Source of the DNA: Balanoglossus misakiensis
Lineage: Eukaryota; Animalia; Hemichordata
DNA length: 64,000 bases
Direction of reading: 5' to 3'
Assembly (NCBI GenBank): GCA_040954595.2
Contig: CM082590.2
Span: forward strand, 2,542,001-2,606,000
Shown here: positions 12,506 through 24,662 of the stretch, piece after piece
Layout of the letters: each line of letters starts with the position of its first letter
Position numbering within the stretch: the stretch's first letter is position 1
The notes under the pieces: generated by a model
Told to the model about the DNA's origin: nothing
Databases searched by the model: none
What the model saw: only the letters and a program-made list of their open reading frames with translations
Position numbers and translations under genes: made by a program

Positions 12506-14255
12506 CCAGGGCTGACTGAAAGAAGTTGCTTCTCATATGTGTTTGTACAGACAATTTTTGGTCAATTTTTGGGCATCTTCCTTGTTAATGTTTTTACATT
12601 CCATATTTCTATATCGTAAGATCATATCTGCTTGCAATGTCACCTGTAATTTTTATTCTGGTGTGTCACTGTTTCTACATAATCCTCAAATGGGACCACA
12701 GTGTCCTTGACGCTATTTTTCGCTGTGTCATCTGAAAATATATTAGTTAGCTCCCTGGCGGTATTAAGTGGTGAAAATACATCAGCACCTTCAAGACAAT
12801 TGATATACAACCTGCAGTTTGACTCATTTATTTTATGTACGCTAACTGAATTATGGGTTTCATTTTGGAAAGGAAATAACTGATCTTTTAGATTCTTGGC
12901 AGCCATAGCTCTATAGGGTAAATAAATTGCTATTCTCTCCATTAACCCACCTGTAGAAGTATGCAATGCAGCTTTAACATCTTTATTGACACACATTTCA
13001 TGGGCTTCATCTAGTGCTACATTAACCCAAGTTGAGCCTGACAAATTGCAAACAAAACCACCTGCTTTGAAATGTAACAACAGAGACTTTGGCATCTTCA
13101 GAAGGTCAGCGAGATGTCTGGGAATTAACCTCAAGTACAGGGATCGGTCATATGCATGGAACAGTGGGTTCATTTGTTTCAAAGCCAATATTCGAAGGTT
13201 CCAATTTCCTGACCTTATTGCAATGTACAAAGACATGTATGCAAACAAATCTTCCTCTATAAATCTAACCCAAAATTTGAAAGTTTTGTCTGTATTTGCC
13301 CTTCTGCACAGTACGTGAAATATCCCATGATTCATTCTGATTTGTACAATCATTTACTCAGTCAAACCAGGCAAAGTTAACATGTGTAGAGAGAATTGTA
13401 CACCACTAATATAAATTTTGAGATCTTACTTTTAAGGTGAATCTTATTGTCAATTACCATTTCAAATGATTTAGAAAATTATGCATTATTGAGAGAGGAG
13501 ATACGAATTTTATAAAATAATCAAGCAATTGCATAGCCAGCCATACAAAAAAGTTTGGAGTAAAACAGGGTCACTTGTAAAACCTGTTTAATCAAACAAA
13601 AAGATATTGATTTTTTCTATTGACAGAACAATGGAAATTTACATGTTAACTTTCAACAGAGACTGGCCACCTCAGTTAGTCATTGCTTGTTTCCCCTAAA
13701 GTGTGACATTTGCAGTACATTGATACTTTGATTTCTATGGCTTTTAAATTTTGATTTTGAAATTTACATTCTAATTCCTCAACGTACTTTTCCTAGATAA
13801 AAATAAATAGATTTATATGTACTTCATATCATTGTTAGTATCTAAAACAGAAAAAGTTATTAAATGGGCAACCTTCGATGATACAAGTAACGGAGACTTG
13901 TGGGTAAAATATCGTACTATGTTCTGTCACAAAAAATCTGAAATTCCTCTTGCAAGCCAGTAAGTTGAGCCTTAAGGTCACCATTAATTTTGTCAATATG
14001 ATCAGCTTTATCTTCAGTACATTCCAAACATTTTGTGACAGCTTCTAGTAAACATTTTTGGACTGTTTCTGTATCTAAGGGACAGTGCTGGGTATTATGG
14101 GTTTCACCCCTCTGATTCAAAAAGGAATTGACAAGACATCTAAACATACGTTCCCAAAGTTGTGTTGGGAAGCGATGAGTTAGCTTGAAATTTGTACACT
14201 GAACTAGGGTTTCCGAAGTTCCCCCTTTATGATTGAACCCTGCCAGATGTTTTAA

Positions 14256-15051
14256 GATGGGTCCCTAGGATCTTTTTGCTCGTTGCTATGGGCCTTTATA
14301 GGACATTACACCCCGATTTGGACTAAGCCGTTTTCAGAGTCTAACAAGGGGCTGGTAACTAGTTGAAAATCTGCACGATTGTGAGCGCGCGCCCCCTGAC
14401 GCCATTGATATGCAAATTAGCTAGGTCAAATTTCAAAAGCCTAAGGCTTTTTATTCCGTGACCTCAAAAACGAACTTGATACGTATTCATTAGTTGCTTG
14501 AACCAGGGAAGATCGTGACGGATTTTGTTTTCGAATATTATCGTTGTATCCTACGATTTCAGCATACCCGTACCACATCTGAAAAAGTCATCGATTTTGG
14601 GTGTTTTTGGACGCACTCTTCCACCGGTATCGCTTCTTAGCACGACGAAAACAGAACAAAACGATCCGTCACACTGTGCGGAAGTACGTTCTCAACAAGC
14701 AGGTCAAATTTGACTGGCGTACGTGGCCTATGAAAAAAGCCTTAGGGATTTTCGTGAACGGTACAAAATCTCTGTGTACAAAACATTGGATTTTTAGCGT
14801 TCGATCCAGTTACTGTGGTTACAGGACGCGCACGCTATCGCTGACCGCTGCTTTGCCGTATTAGCGTGGCGGCCTATGGCCGGGCGGTAGCTGCCGTAAA
14901 CATACTCGGACATGGGGTGTGCACACAATCGTGCAGATTTTCAACTAGTTACCAGCCCCTTGTTAGACTCTGAAAACGGCTTAGTCCAAATCGGGGTGTA
15001 ATGTCCTATAAAGGCCCATAGCAACGAGCAAAAAGATCCCAGGGACCCATC
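14256..15051. mobile_element. Non-autonomous DNA transposon (MITE) with 128-bp TIRs and TTAA TSD (Kolobok- or Sola3-like)
   Basis: 14256-14383 vs 14924-15051 are inverted with one mismatch seen; TTAA at 14252-14255 and 15052-15055. Removing the insert restores the transposase frame (IFWDADL|KHLAGFNH). Confidence 0.9.
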
Positions 15052-15578
15052 TTAAGTCAGCATCCCAGAATATTTTCATGATGACTGGTTGGTAATTTTT
15101 TAGATTATGCCAGTCTCCGATAAAAGGCTGCAACCAGTCTAAATCTGCACCATACATGTCTTTTAACTTTATCAGGTGATGGAAAGTTTTCCCATCACCA
15201 ACCACAACCAGGTATTTTATTCTTACACCAACTCTGAATGTAACATATACAGCTTATTGATAATGTTATGGACAGTTTCAATAGAGTCTGCGTGTTCACT
15301 TGATATGCCCAAATAAATGACATTTGAGCATTCACTGTCATTACTGTTAGCAGTTGTTGCTAATGTTGATTTAAAATCCCCAAATACTGTTTCTATATCA
15401 GCTCTGTGCATTGTATTTTTTGTAGAGCAAAAATGAATGCGTCAGAAAACAGTTCTGACCAAGCAATGGCTTCTTCTTGTTTAATGTCAAAATCTGACAG
15501 CGAAATTGATGACTGTGGTTGATGTTGTCTCAGTAGAGGTGGTTTAATTAAATACTACATCATCATGAACAGTATCAT

Positions 15579-17292
15579 ATGATAAACCTGGGGGTTTTAT
15601 GTGGGAGCAACAGCCTATAAAATCCCATGGGGTTTTCTTTGGATACGATCGACTGAAATGTCTACTTTTGAAATGGGAAAAGAAAATTGAAAGGCTTAAA
15701 AGCGTGCTCAACATCTGGTCACGACGTAAGCTGAGCCTTTATGGCAAAATTACGGTTTTAAAGTCTTTGGCACTGCCCACAATTTACTACCTTATGCTTA
15801 ATCTTGGTGCTTTTGAAACGTGGCTCACGAATATCAACCGTCTTATTTTCAAATTTCTGTGGAATGACAAGCCAGACAAAATCAAAAGGCTCACACTCAT
15901 TGCCCCTTATGATTGCGGGGGACTAAACATGCCTGACATTTTTGCCATCCATGACGCCTTTTGTTCATCATGGGTTCGTAGATTATGTGACAATTCCTCT
16001 GCCAAATGGAAGGCCTTGCCACTGCATTGGCTCGGGCACTATGGTCCAGATTTTCTTATTTTTCATTTCAATTTTAGCAACATTTCCTGTTTCCCATTTC
16101 TCGAGAGAATTCCCTTTTTCTATAAACAAGTAATTTCAGCTTGGCATAGTGCAAAAGGTGGTTGCGTCACTTTCTCCAAACTCAGTAATTTAGATGTGCG
16201 TAATCAAATTATCTGGGGTAATGTCAACATTTCAGATAATGGTAAGACTCTTTTTTTCCCTGGTTGGATTCACTCAAATATTATCTATGTCCAGGACATT
16301 GTCGATACCAACGGCGATTTTCTTCCACCTACACTGTTGTTACAAAAACTCGAGAATAAGTCAAATTGGATAGTTGAATGGATGAAGTTGCGGAATCTTA
16401 TTCCCAGAGAATGGAAGTCTGTGTTGAAAGGTACTCAGTTGCATCAGATGCGTAGAGAAAAGAATTTTCTTCATGTCAATGGAAAAGTTTTTGTTTTACC
16501 TAATGATCTGTCTCGCCTTACTTCAAAATTTTTTACAGTATTTTTGTGCAAAATCGTTTTATTCGTCCATATTGTGAAAATACATGGAATCGTCGTTTGA
16601 CCATGACTACTCCACTACAGTGGAGAACTATATGGGTTAACCAAACGACTGGATTGTGTTGTGATAGGAAACTTGCTGAATTTAACTTTAAGATTATGCA
16701 TAACATTTTGCCATGTGGCATCAATCTTTTAAGATGGAAAATTAGTAAAAATGATCTATGTTGTCTTTGAAATGTAACTGATTCTTATGAGCATCTATTT
16801 TTAAAATGTCAACGTTTAGGGGATTTTTGGCAGCGTTTATCTGCTTTGCTCAGCAAACTTGGCATATGTCATGAGGTCGACTTAGAAACTATTATTCTTG
16901 GTTACAAAACTATGTACAGTCATCCTCTTTATAGATTTGTAAACATTGTCATTACTATTGCAAAGTATTGTGTATTCGCTTCATGGGTCCATTTACAACA
17001 TGATATTAACAGCATTAGAGCAAAAACCAATTTCGATATATTTTACAGATATCTACAATTTATGCACCAAATACTCAAAAGGAATAATAATCTAGATTTC
17101 ACCCATTATTGGAAGAAAATCCTTGCTTCCGTCTGAGATGTAATTATTTTGTTAAACAAATGTACCTGGTGAATCTCTTTTTATATAGTATTATTTTTTA
17201 TTTATTTATTTATTTATTTATTTCATCAAAACACGATTTATCTTTATGATACATGTAAGATTAAATGAATGGAAATAAAAAAAAAAAAAAAA
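15579..17292 (+). mobile_element. 5'-truncated L1/Tx1-like LINE nested in the Academ element
   Basis: ORF 15599-16600 has the post-RT motifs WSRRKLSLYGKITVLKS and FLWNDK..GGL. After a frameshift comes a CCHC-type zinc knuckle broken by TGA. Poly(A) at ~17274-17292 and a 14-bp TSD ATGAACAGTATCAT at 15565-15578 and 17293-17306. Confidence 0.9.
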
Positions 17293-17559
17293 ATGAACAG
17301 TATCATTGAATTTTTTCTCCGTAAATGTACAGGCTTTACTCACAGGTGCACTCAAACCTGTACCAGTATTTTTTGAGATAGATCTGTCAACCATGATTTT
17401 AGTATTATTTCCACAAGGAAAATTGGCCAAAATTTTATTCATTTCAGAGTCTACTGTATTTTGTGAACAAAAGCCACTGTTTAATTCCTGACACCGTTCA
17501 AATGAATTCTTTGCATTTTCACTCACCAGACTATCTTTTCTTTTAATTAACTGCCTGTT

Positions 17560-17895
17560 AAGAAGCAAATCATAATGGCCTGGTTGACCTGGCCTGTCTG
17601 GTGTGTACAAGAGACAGACAGGCTCAGTCTTGGAGAACACATCACCATCACCTCTTGCAAATATATCATTCTGCTTGGTGTATATATGTCCTTCAAAGTA
17701 TATATGATTGGCACGCATTATGTCTACTGTATCTGCTCTTAACTTGTCTGTGAATATTTTCTCTCGGTCAGCTAAAATTGGGTCAGAAGGGAGTCCATTA
17801 AGTAGACGATCACAATTTCGTAATGCAAAATCATTTCTCACAGAGATGCTCGTGAAAAAGCACCTTCCATCACCATAAATGTTGATTAGCTGAAA
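17560..17895 (-). other. OTU-like cysteine protease domain inside the transposase ORF
   Basis: INIYGDGRCFFTSIS (OTU Cys box, D and C) ... LR ... LLYTPDRPGQPGHYDLL (His box), in frame with the DNID/FHGT transposase motifs. The central part appears short. Confidence 0.7.
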
Positions 17896-19491
17896 ATCTT
17901 TGACAGTTGAATGTTTGTCATGACTGCCAAAAACAATATCATCAATACTGTTCAGAATTGACTTTGATTTTGGTTGGACCATTCGATAAGAAGTACCGTG
18001 GAAACCTCTGTCCTTTGGATCAGCTCTAACAGCTGCATATTTAGCTGATTTATCAATATTGTCAATGGAAGTTAAACAAAATGCATTATTTGCAATATTT
18101 TCCTCTGTGAAATCAGCTGATGTTCTTTTGTTGATCACTCCCAACATGTATCTATGCAATGTATCTCCAGAACAAATAATACCAAATCAATTTAGAATTT
18201 TCACTAGAGTAGATGACTTACTATAACCTTCAACAATGTCAGCCAGGTAAGTATGCAATGGGTAAGTACAATGATCAGAACAAATGAACAATAGCATACA
18301 CACAAAAGAAACGCCTGAGGAATCATGCTCTACTCTCCATAGAGTGCCGGTCATAAAATCCATAGTTGTGTTTATTCCATACAAAGTTGGAGCTTTTTAA
18401 TTTATTGCGTTCACTGTTGTTCAACGTTAAATATACAACAGTGTTCCATAACATAGGGTCAACCTCACTGACAATATATTCAACATCAAGTGTACTCAGA
18501 TCAACATTGTTTGTTTTGCAGTAATTACTGAATTCTTGAGATTGCTGATAAATGCTGGCATTTAATTTCACAGCCACCAAATCAAGCATTTTGAAAAAGT
18601 CAACGTCAACTTTACTCAAGTCTCTTACTTGCTTTTCAAGCCTCTCTATCTGTTTCTCAGCTTGCACAACATACTGAGGATGTTCGACAAGTGCATTTTG
18701 GAGGGCAATAGTGAGATCTGAACCTGTTCGGTACAAAAAGGTGGAGAACTTTCTACTCACTTTTGATACAACAGAAAGGTGAATTGGAAAATACACACAT
18801 AGCAATTCCCGAATAAGCCAGCTATTAGGTTTTCTGTGGAATTCCACTCGTTGTAACTTGACATTGGGTCGCAAAGTCTGATATTCATTGTCTAAACAAT
18901 CATTGAAATATTGCCTGACATCAAACAATAGAATGGCATGTTTTCTGAGGAGCACTTCTCCTAAAAAGACAACAGTTTTCCAGCATGCAAAATTCACCAA
19001 GTCGTCGTCACAGCTGCATCCTTTATTGTAGCATTGTGACATATTTTTTAATTTCTTCAGCAAGTGCTATATCACTCGACATAATTAAGCCTTGTTGAAT
19101 ACTACACCTGGCTTTTTCCGCTAAAGCAACAAATGTTTTATAACATTTCAAACAAATCAGGCTGTCTTGAGTAAGGGCAAATGGTGTGTTAGTTTGTTGG
19201 TGAAATGTTTGCACCATTTCAAAATCAGGGATTTTAAACAAATTGTTTGCCCGTGATAAGCACGAAGTACACAAGGGATGGCTTTTTCTCATAGCAAGGA
19301 TGTAGTGACGTTGACACAGTGGAATTTATGAAACATCCTTTAAAACCTGAGTTGTCTATACTCAATTTTGTACACAGTCCTCCTCGCCTGAAATCAGCTC
19401 TATAATGTCGCGTAAAAAATGGCCTATTTTGCGACCCTTCAGCGGGGCCCACTCTAACAGCTACATGGTTTGAAGTACTTTCCCTCATTAA

Positions 19492-19523
19492 CATATGTTA
19501 ATGAGTACCGTGCGATCTGACTG
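19492..19523 (-). repeat. Right TIR of the Academ-like element
   Basis: catatgttaatgagtaccgtgcgatctgactg followed by taca. Confidence 0.88.
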
Positions 19524-20224
19524 TACAGACAGAATAACACACATCGAGAGATTAACAGGCAAACACTGGCTGACCCATAAGCGGCCAATGGCATGTGTAC
19601 TGTACACACAGCAAATGGTCTCTTTAACAGATAGCCAGTTATGTAAACATGCAGTTACCAATCACTGTTATTATTGACAAATTGCATCCAAGTCCAGACA
19701 CAGGCTTGAATACAATGTTTAAACAATAACAACATTGCTTACCCAGCTTCACCGAGCTGAAATGATCGTTGACAACCAGAATAATACTGAATAAAAATTC
19801 AAAAATTACAGATACAGGACCTTTCGTTGCCCACATATTATATTACCGTGGTCTGTGCGTCGCATTTTAATTGGTCAAGATGAACGACATCACTGACCAC
19901 AAATACCCTGTAATGGTTTGTTTACATGCCCGTAAATCTGAATAGTAATATTAGCAAACAGTTCAGTGAACACAACATTTTGCATAACACAAGTTCCGGG
20001 GCCCCAAGTCTTGTGTGTGGGACATTTTCAGAAATATTGACGGTTTTCTTGAGATTGTTGGTAATGTAATGGAAATAAATGCAGGGCTCGGGCTCTAGCT
20101 AAGCTAAAATTAATGGGCTCGGAAGCCTCGCCCATGAATTTTTGGCTTTCCCCTCGCCCTTGCCCATAAACAAACATTAATGGTCATGGCGTCGTGCATT
20201 ATTTCTATATTGTGTTGATCTTAC

Positions 20225-20341
20225 CTGTACACTCTCCATTGACCAATCAATATTCCACAGCACAAGTGAAATAAAAAGAGCCTGCTGTATTCACACACTG
20301 GCCTTCACAAAGATCTGCTCTCTCCATATATTCATTGACAT
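20225..20341 (-). pseudogene. cbEGF exon 2 (degenerate, 117 nt, phase 1-1)
   Basis: tttcag|AT...ACA G|gtaag encodes DVNEYMERADLCEGQCVNTAGSFYFTCAVEY*LVNGECT. Two Cys are lost and there is an in-frame TGA. Confidence 0.85.
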
Positions 20342-21596
20342 CTGAAATCAAAGATAGTTATTATTATTTATTTATTTTATTATTATTTATTTCCTAACAA
20401 ATGTAATACACATACATCTTCTACAGAAAATAATAAAATTAGAAAACAAGTGAAAGCTTAAAGGATAAAAAATTACACTTAAAAACCCCAAACAAACAGA
20501 AACAGTTCTGAAAGACAATCCCTATAAACCAAAAAAGCAATGGAATGAAATAGTGCTGAATAAAAAGACGAGTCTTTAAACCCCTTTGAAAACTGTCAAT
20601 AGATCCAGCATTGTGGATAGAAGGTGCACAAACACTGAATCCTATTTAGCCATATGCCTTGTCAGTGTTCGAAATTCATAGGAAATATCAAGCAGTCATT
20701 GTTTCTTTTAATTGCAATACATGAACCTGGGAAAGTCTAAAAGATGCCATGATACCACTAGTCAACTCCCACGCTAAATTCAACCTGTCTGTCGGACTGG
20801 TAACATTTTATTTTTACCAGTCCTACAGAAAAACAACCAGTCTCGGACTGTCGGACAGGCTTTATTTCGTACACTGGCCTTGTTAAGTTTTGAAATGCTC
20901 ATTCATGGTGATGAGTTATCAAGAATATACCCGTTAAAAATTACTGTACCCTCAGAGAAGCATTTTGTAATGTCTTTAAAATGAGATGAAAACTATATGA
21001 ATTTTCTAAGTGTATATTTATTCTTTGCAGAGGCAATTTATTTAGCTATAGGTTGATAATTTATGCTAATTTCATTAAATTATGCAAATAAGTAGTGAAA
21101 ATACTTGTACATGAATATATCAGACAGTCTTATAGTATCGTGTGAGGTTGATGACACATATTCTTAACCACATATTTCTTGATCAATTAATTGTTTTTAC
21201 ACCAAAGTCCTCAATATCCATGGCGATCCCTTTCTAGGAATTTTAACACTCTCTATCATTCTCATTTTAACAAAATCCCCTGAAACTTGTGTACCCTGTC
21301 AGCAAAACTTTGTCTGATTTTTAAAATACAGATTACTTTTTCTCCCTTGCAAACAAATTTTCAAAGATAAGTTTTCACATTTGTTAATTTGTTTATATTA
21401 TGCATAATTATAATTGGAAAAATTCTGAGATACAATTTCAACAAACATGTGTTCAGTACGAGTGTGCGGTTGATTTCAAATTTTAAAATGTGTGCAATGG
21501 ACAGACAGGATGTGTGTTTAGCTGATTGTAACCGTAGCAATATACAATCCCCAAACAATGTAGCCACAGAAGATATCAATATCCACAGTTACATAC

Positions 21597-21719
21597 CGGC
21601 ACATGCATGGCCATCCTCCAGCAGATAGAATCCTGGTCTGCAAGTGCAGAGATAACTACCATGGGTATTCTGACAATAGTGTTGACATGCATATCCACCA
21701 CTGTGACATTCATTCATAT
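21597..21719 (-). pseudogene. cbEGF exon 1 (intact, 123 nt, phase 1-1)
   Basis: ctccag|AT...GCC G|gtatgt encodes DMNECHSGGYACQHYCQNTHGSYLCTCRPGFYLLEDGHACA, with six Cys and the DxNEC / CxNxxGSY consensus. Confidence 0.9.
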
Positions 21720-21969
21720 CTGGAGGGTAAGAAGAAATTAGAAATTATTTACAAGCATTGAATTCACTTTAATTCCTTGGATTAAAAATACAGAAAAAAT
21801 AGCCAACAGCTACTACAGCTAACTTAGCAAAAATGTCGACAAAATTTTACAGTGACACTGGCGTACTCTGCCACTGATATGAGGATATAAGAAAGGGAAC
21901 TGGAATATTTTTTCCTCTGTATAATCAAATTAACAGTAAATGACTGCCATGGCAACATAACAGATGTTA

Positions 21970-22302
21970 CAGTCAAACCCGTGTTAGGTGCCACCTCTAT
22001 ATAGTGGCTACTCTGTTACAGTCCATATACATTGTGTTAGGTATTGGTATTTACTGTTATGTATAAATTTGCAGTGTACGAGGCTGAACGAGTGAGCATG
22101 TGCAGTTGGCAATAAAAAAACAGCATGGCTGTCTAGTTTGTACACACATGTCCTGTGTCGTCTAATCACTCTGGTATAAGCCCACAATAATATAGCAATA
22201 TATTACACATTGCACATTAAATGACCTGACTGTAGAGGCCACCTTTCTATAAAGGCCAGTTAGGAAAGTCCCCTGTCTGGCCAGTATAGACAGGTTTGAC
22301 TG
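21970..22302. mobile_element. Tc1/mariner-pogo-type MITE
   Basis: ta|CAGTCAAACC...GGTTTGACTG|ta; ends 7 bp from the exon boundary at 22310. Confidence 0.65.
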
Positions 22303-22309
22303 TACCTAC

Positions 22310-22493
22310 CTCTTTGTGGCTGTGAATCTGTACCTGGCCATCTCTCCTGTGGCTGTGAGTTGATAGAATTCACAGCAGCAATTGGTGGCATCTTACTGAA
22401 CTGACTAGCATTTGCCATTTGCATGACACCCTCTGTGGCTTTCAGTGCAGCAGCTGGTGCCTGCTGGGAAGTCATCTTTGGAGGTGAAGTTGC
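22310..22493 (-). pseudogene. Low-complexity A/Q/P exon (phase 0-1)
   Basis: ggacag|GCA ACT TCA...CAA AGA G|gtaggt encodes ATSPPKMTSQQAPAAALKATEGVMQMANASQ...SQPQR. Confidence 0.65.
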
Positions 22494-22919
22494 CTGTCCA
22501 AAAAGATTAACAAACCTAGTTAATATGGAGCATTATCAAGGCCAGTATTCAAAACCCCATTTTTAATTCATGACTGCAATTTTTGATTCGATGTTGAGCT
22601 TGCAACTCTCAAAGTCCTATTTTCAACACACATTTGGATGGGATTGAGTTTTAGGGCTTATCAACATTAATCACATTAAAAATTGAATTTGATTACTGAG
22701 TCTGTGGCATTATCCAAAAAAGTCTTAGCATTTACAGAGTGGGTTTCTAGCAACCAAAACAGAAGTTTTGAATTTGTTTTGAAACAATAGTCAACTGTAA
22801 AGATAATGGTTAGACAAGGCTATGTGAAACAGTCATAAAAAGCTTTCAATTCACAGGATGGGTAACTAGAAACGGCTATTTTATTATATAATAAAGTAGA
22901 AGGTAGACCACAACTGTAC

Positions 22920-23181
22920 CTGGGTGATGAAAATTGTCTCAATGGGATAAATGAAACAGTCACATTGGGTTGTTGTGTCCTGTTTGCTGTGACAGCGGAT
23001 ACTGGTTGGTTGGGTAAACTGGTAGGCTGACCAAAAGGCATTGATGACCTTTGACCTTGGCCCTGCATCTGGGGCTGACTTGGTTGAGTCAATTACTGTT
23101 GAGAGGATGACAGTTGTTGTGGAGACTGACTTCCAATTTGACTTGGTTGTCCAAGTGACAGATGACTTGTTGGTGCGGCAC
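22920..23181 (-). pseudogene. S/P/Q-rich exon with premature stop
   Basis: ctacag|GT...CCCAG|gtacag encodes AAPTSHLSLGQPSQIGSQSPQQLSSSQQ*LTQPSQPQMQGQGQ. TAA at 23093-23095; its end phase (2) does not match the next exon (0). Confidence 0.65.
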
Positions 23182-23216
23182 CTGTAGTAAAAATATTTAG
23201 TTGATTTATTTATATA

Positions 23217-23406
23217 CTGTAAAACGGGAAATTTCTGTGACAGGAAATGTTTGCAATATCAATAGAGACAACTGTTATGCTACACTTAAATTTTGCTTTC
23301 TTATATTTCACTAACTGCACCAATATCCCTGAAAAACATTTTTACGTGACTTTTAATTTGCATTTTTTGGTTCTCGCGAAGTTCACAATAATTTCCTGTT
23401 TGACAG
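23217..23406. mobile_element. Short MITE with CTGTAAAA-type ends
   Basis: ta|CTGTAAAACGGGAAATT...AATTTCCTGTTTGACAG|ta. Confidence 0.5.
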
Positions 23407-23693
23407 TAATTCATCTATTGCAAACAAAGAAAATATGTCTACCTAGGATAGAATGACTGGAACAGGTGCAGATCACTAGTATACAAAGCCAGTTCCTCCA
23501 AAACAATGAGAGGTAAAGTGCTGCGCTCAAGGGCACAATATCGCGGTCATGAAGTCACCATCCTCAAAACCCACGGCCATGTCCAGGTCTGGTTCTTGAA
23601 CCCACAACCCTGTGCCCTCACCACAAGGCCATGATGTCTCCTCAAACTCTCCTCAAAAGTCTCCTGCTTTAGTCTAATCATTGTTAGAAATAC

Positions 23694-23776
23694 TTTCTGC
23701 TTTGACCTTTTACATGAAGGATTTGATGCATACACACAGGCCAGTTGACAAGGAAAGCCTCTCAACATTGGTAAAA
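23694..23776 (-). pseudogene. Internally deleted, frameshifted remnant of the next MED25 VWA exon
   Basis: tatgcag|T TTT ACC AAT GTT GAG AGG continues phase 2 from the upstream exon. It then shifts frame to FPCQLACVYAS...KQK|gtatt, weakly like MED25 PPYLLPAVES. Confidence 0.45.
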
Positions 23777-24662
23777 CTGCATAATAATGATACATTGTAA
23801 TTGAATATATTTGTGAACAAAAACAATCATGGCCTTTACACTATTATCTACAACATCTAACCCTCAAACCAATCTGATGAAAATATTTTTTGACCCAAAA
23901 ATGGAGTAGAACAATTTGCATCTTTTATAGAACAGAAAAACAACAGTTCATAAAAACAATGAAAGTGTCCTTTTGATATCCTATGGCAAAATCTTTTCTT
24001 GGTCCCATCAAAGTTATAACTGCCTTTTTTATTTGAAAATTTGACAAAAAAGCCAGAGCAAATAATAATATGTGATGTGTAATAAATATTAATAAATATA
24101 TTACTACCATTTTATGGAAGTACCCATTTAGAGTAATGAAAACTTTAACAAACCACAAAAAAGGTTTTGTACATCACCACAATAGGATGAATTGGTTGTA
24201 AATGGCCATGTAAACATGTTGTATATTTGTCCTGTGAACTTTAGAATCTGGATTGTATGATTTCAAATATTTGCTCAGCAACAGATACCCAAGCCGTCAC
24301 GCAGTTACACCCATTGGAAAATGGTATCACCCACACCAAGGTGGATGGAAGTTGGTCCTGGCGCTTTTTTTCCCATGATTCAAATTACAGTTAAGGCCAT
24401 ATTATAAATTCTGCCAACTTTCCCTCGATTTTGTAAAATACCTGACGTCTTATACTTGACGAATATGTTTTTTTTTCTGAAAGAGTGACCTCAAAGCTAC
24501 CAAATTATGTAGAAATCAGCTGGACCGGATTTCCCCTTTGAAAACAGTAAAACACAGGTGCAAGCTTTCTTTTATTATGGGTATGGCAGAGAAAGCTTTT
24601 GACTGCTGTCAAAATTCTCTGGCAAACACAGAAGGATTATGAAACTGAAAATGTTGATAATA

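Larger units (their letters stand above)
10225..19494 (-). pseudogene. Fragmented Academ-type transposase polyprotein
   Basis: Colinear fragments in order: CxxC motifs (19023-19292), LVKILN (18187-18384), DNID..FHGT (17218-18159), VGDGKT..GDWH (14981-15205), ALDEAHEMCVNK (12640-13353), HEEADSR..SPDTD..GCDY (11109-11621), CXC (10225-10689). Probable intron at ~13305-13917. Multiple frameshifts. Confidence 0.8.
8548..19523 (-). mobile_element. Academ-superfamily DNA transposon (XPG-bearing, AcademX-like), defective copy with both ends
   Basis: Terminal inverted repeats CAGTCAGATCGCACGGT(G/A)CTCATT(TG/AA)CATATG at 8548-8579 and 19492-19523, with TACA on both flanks. The internal minus-strand ORF fragments give transposase + XPG nuclease + Cys-rich domain, the architecture described for Academ. 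Confidence 0.82.

Noticed and set aside
23925-24158. KAVITLMGPRK resembling MED25 FSIVSPRK
   Set aside because: Out of exon order, in AT-rich intron-like sequence, with no clear splice boundaries.
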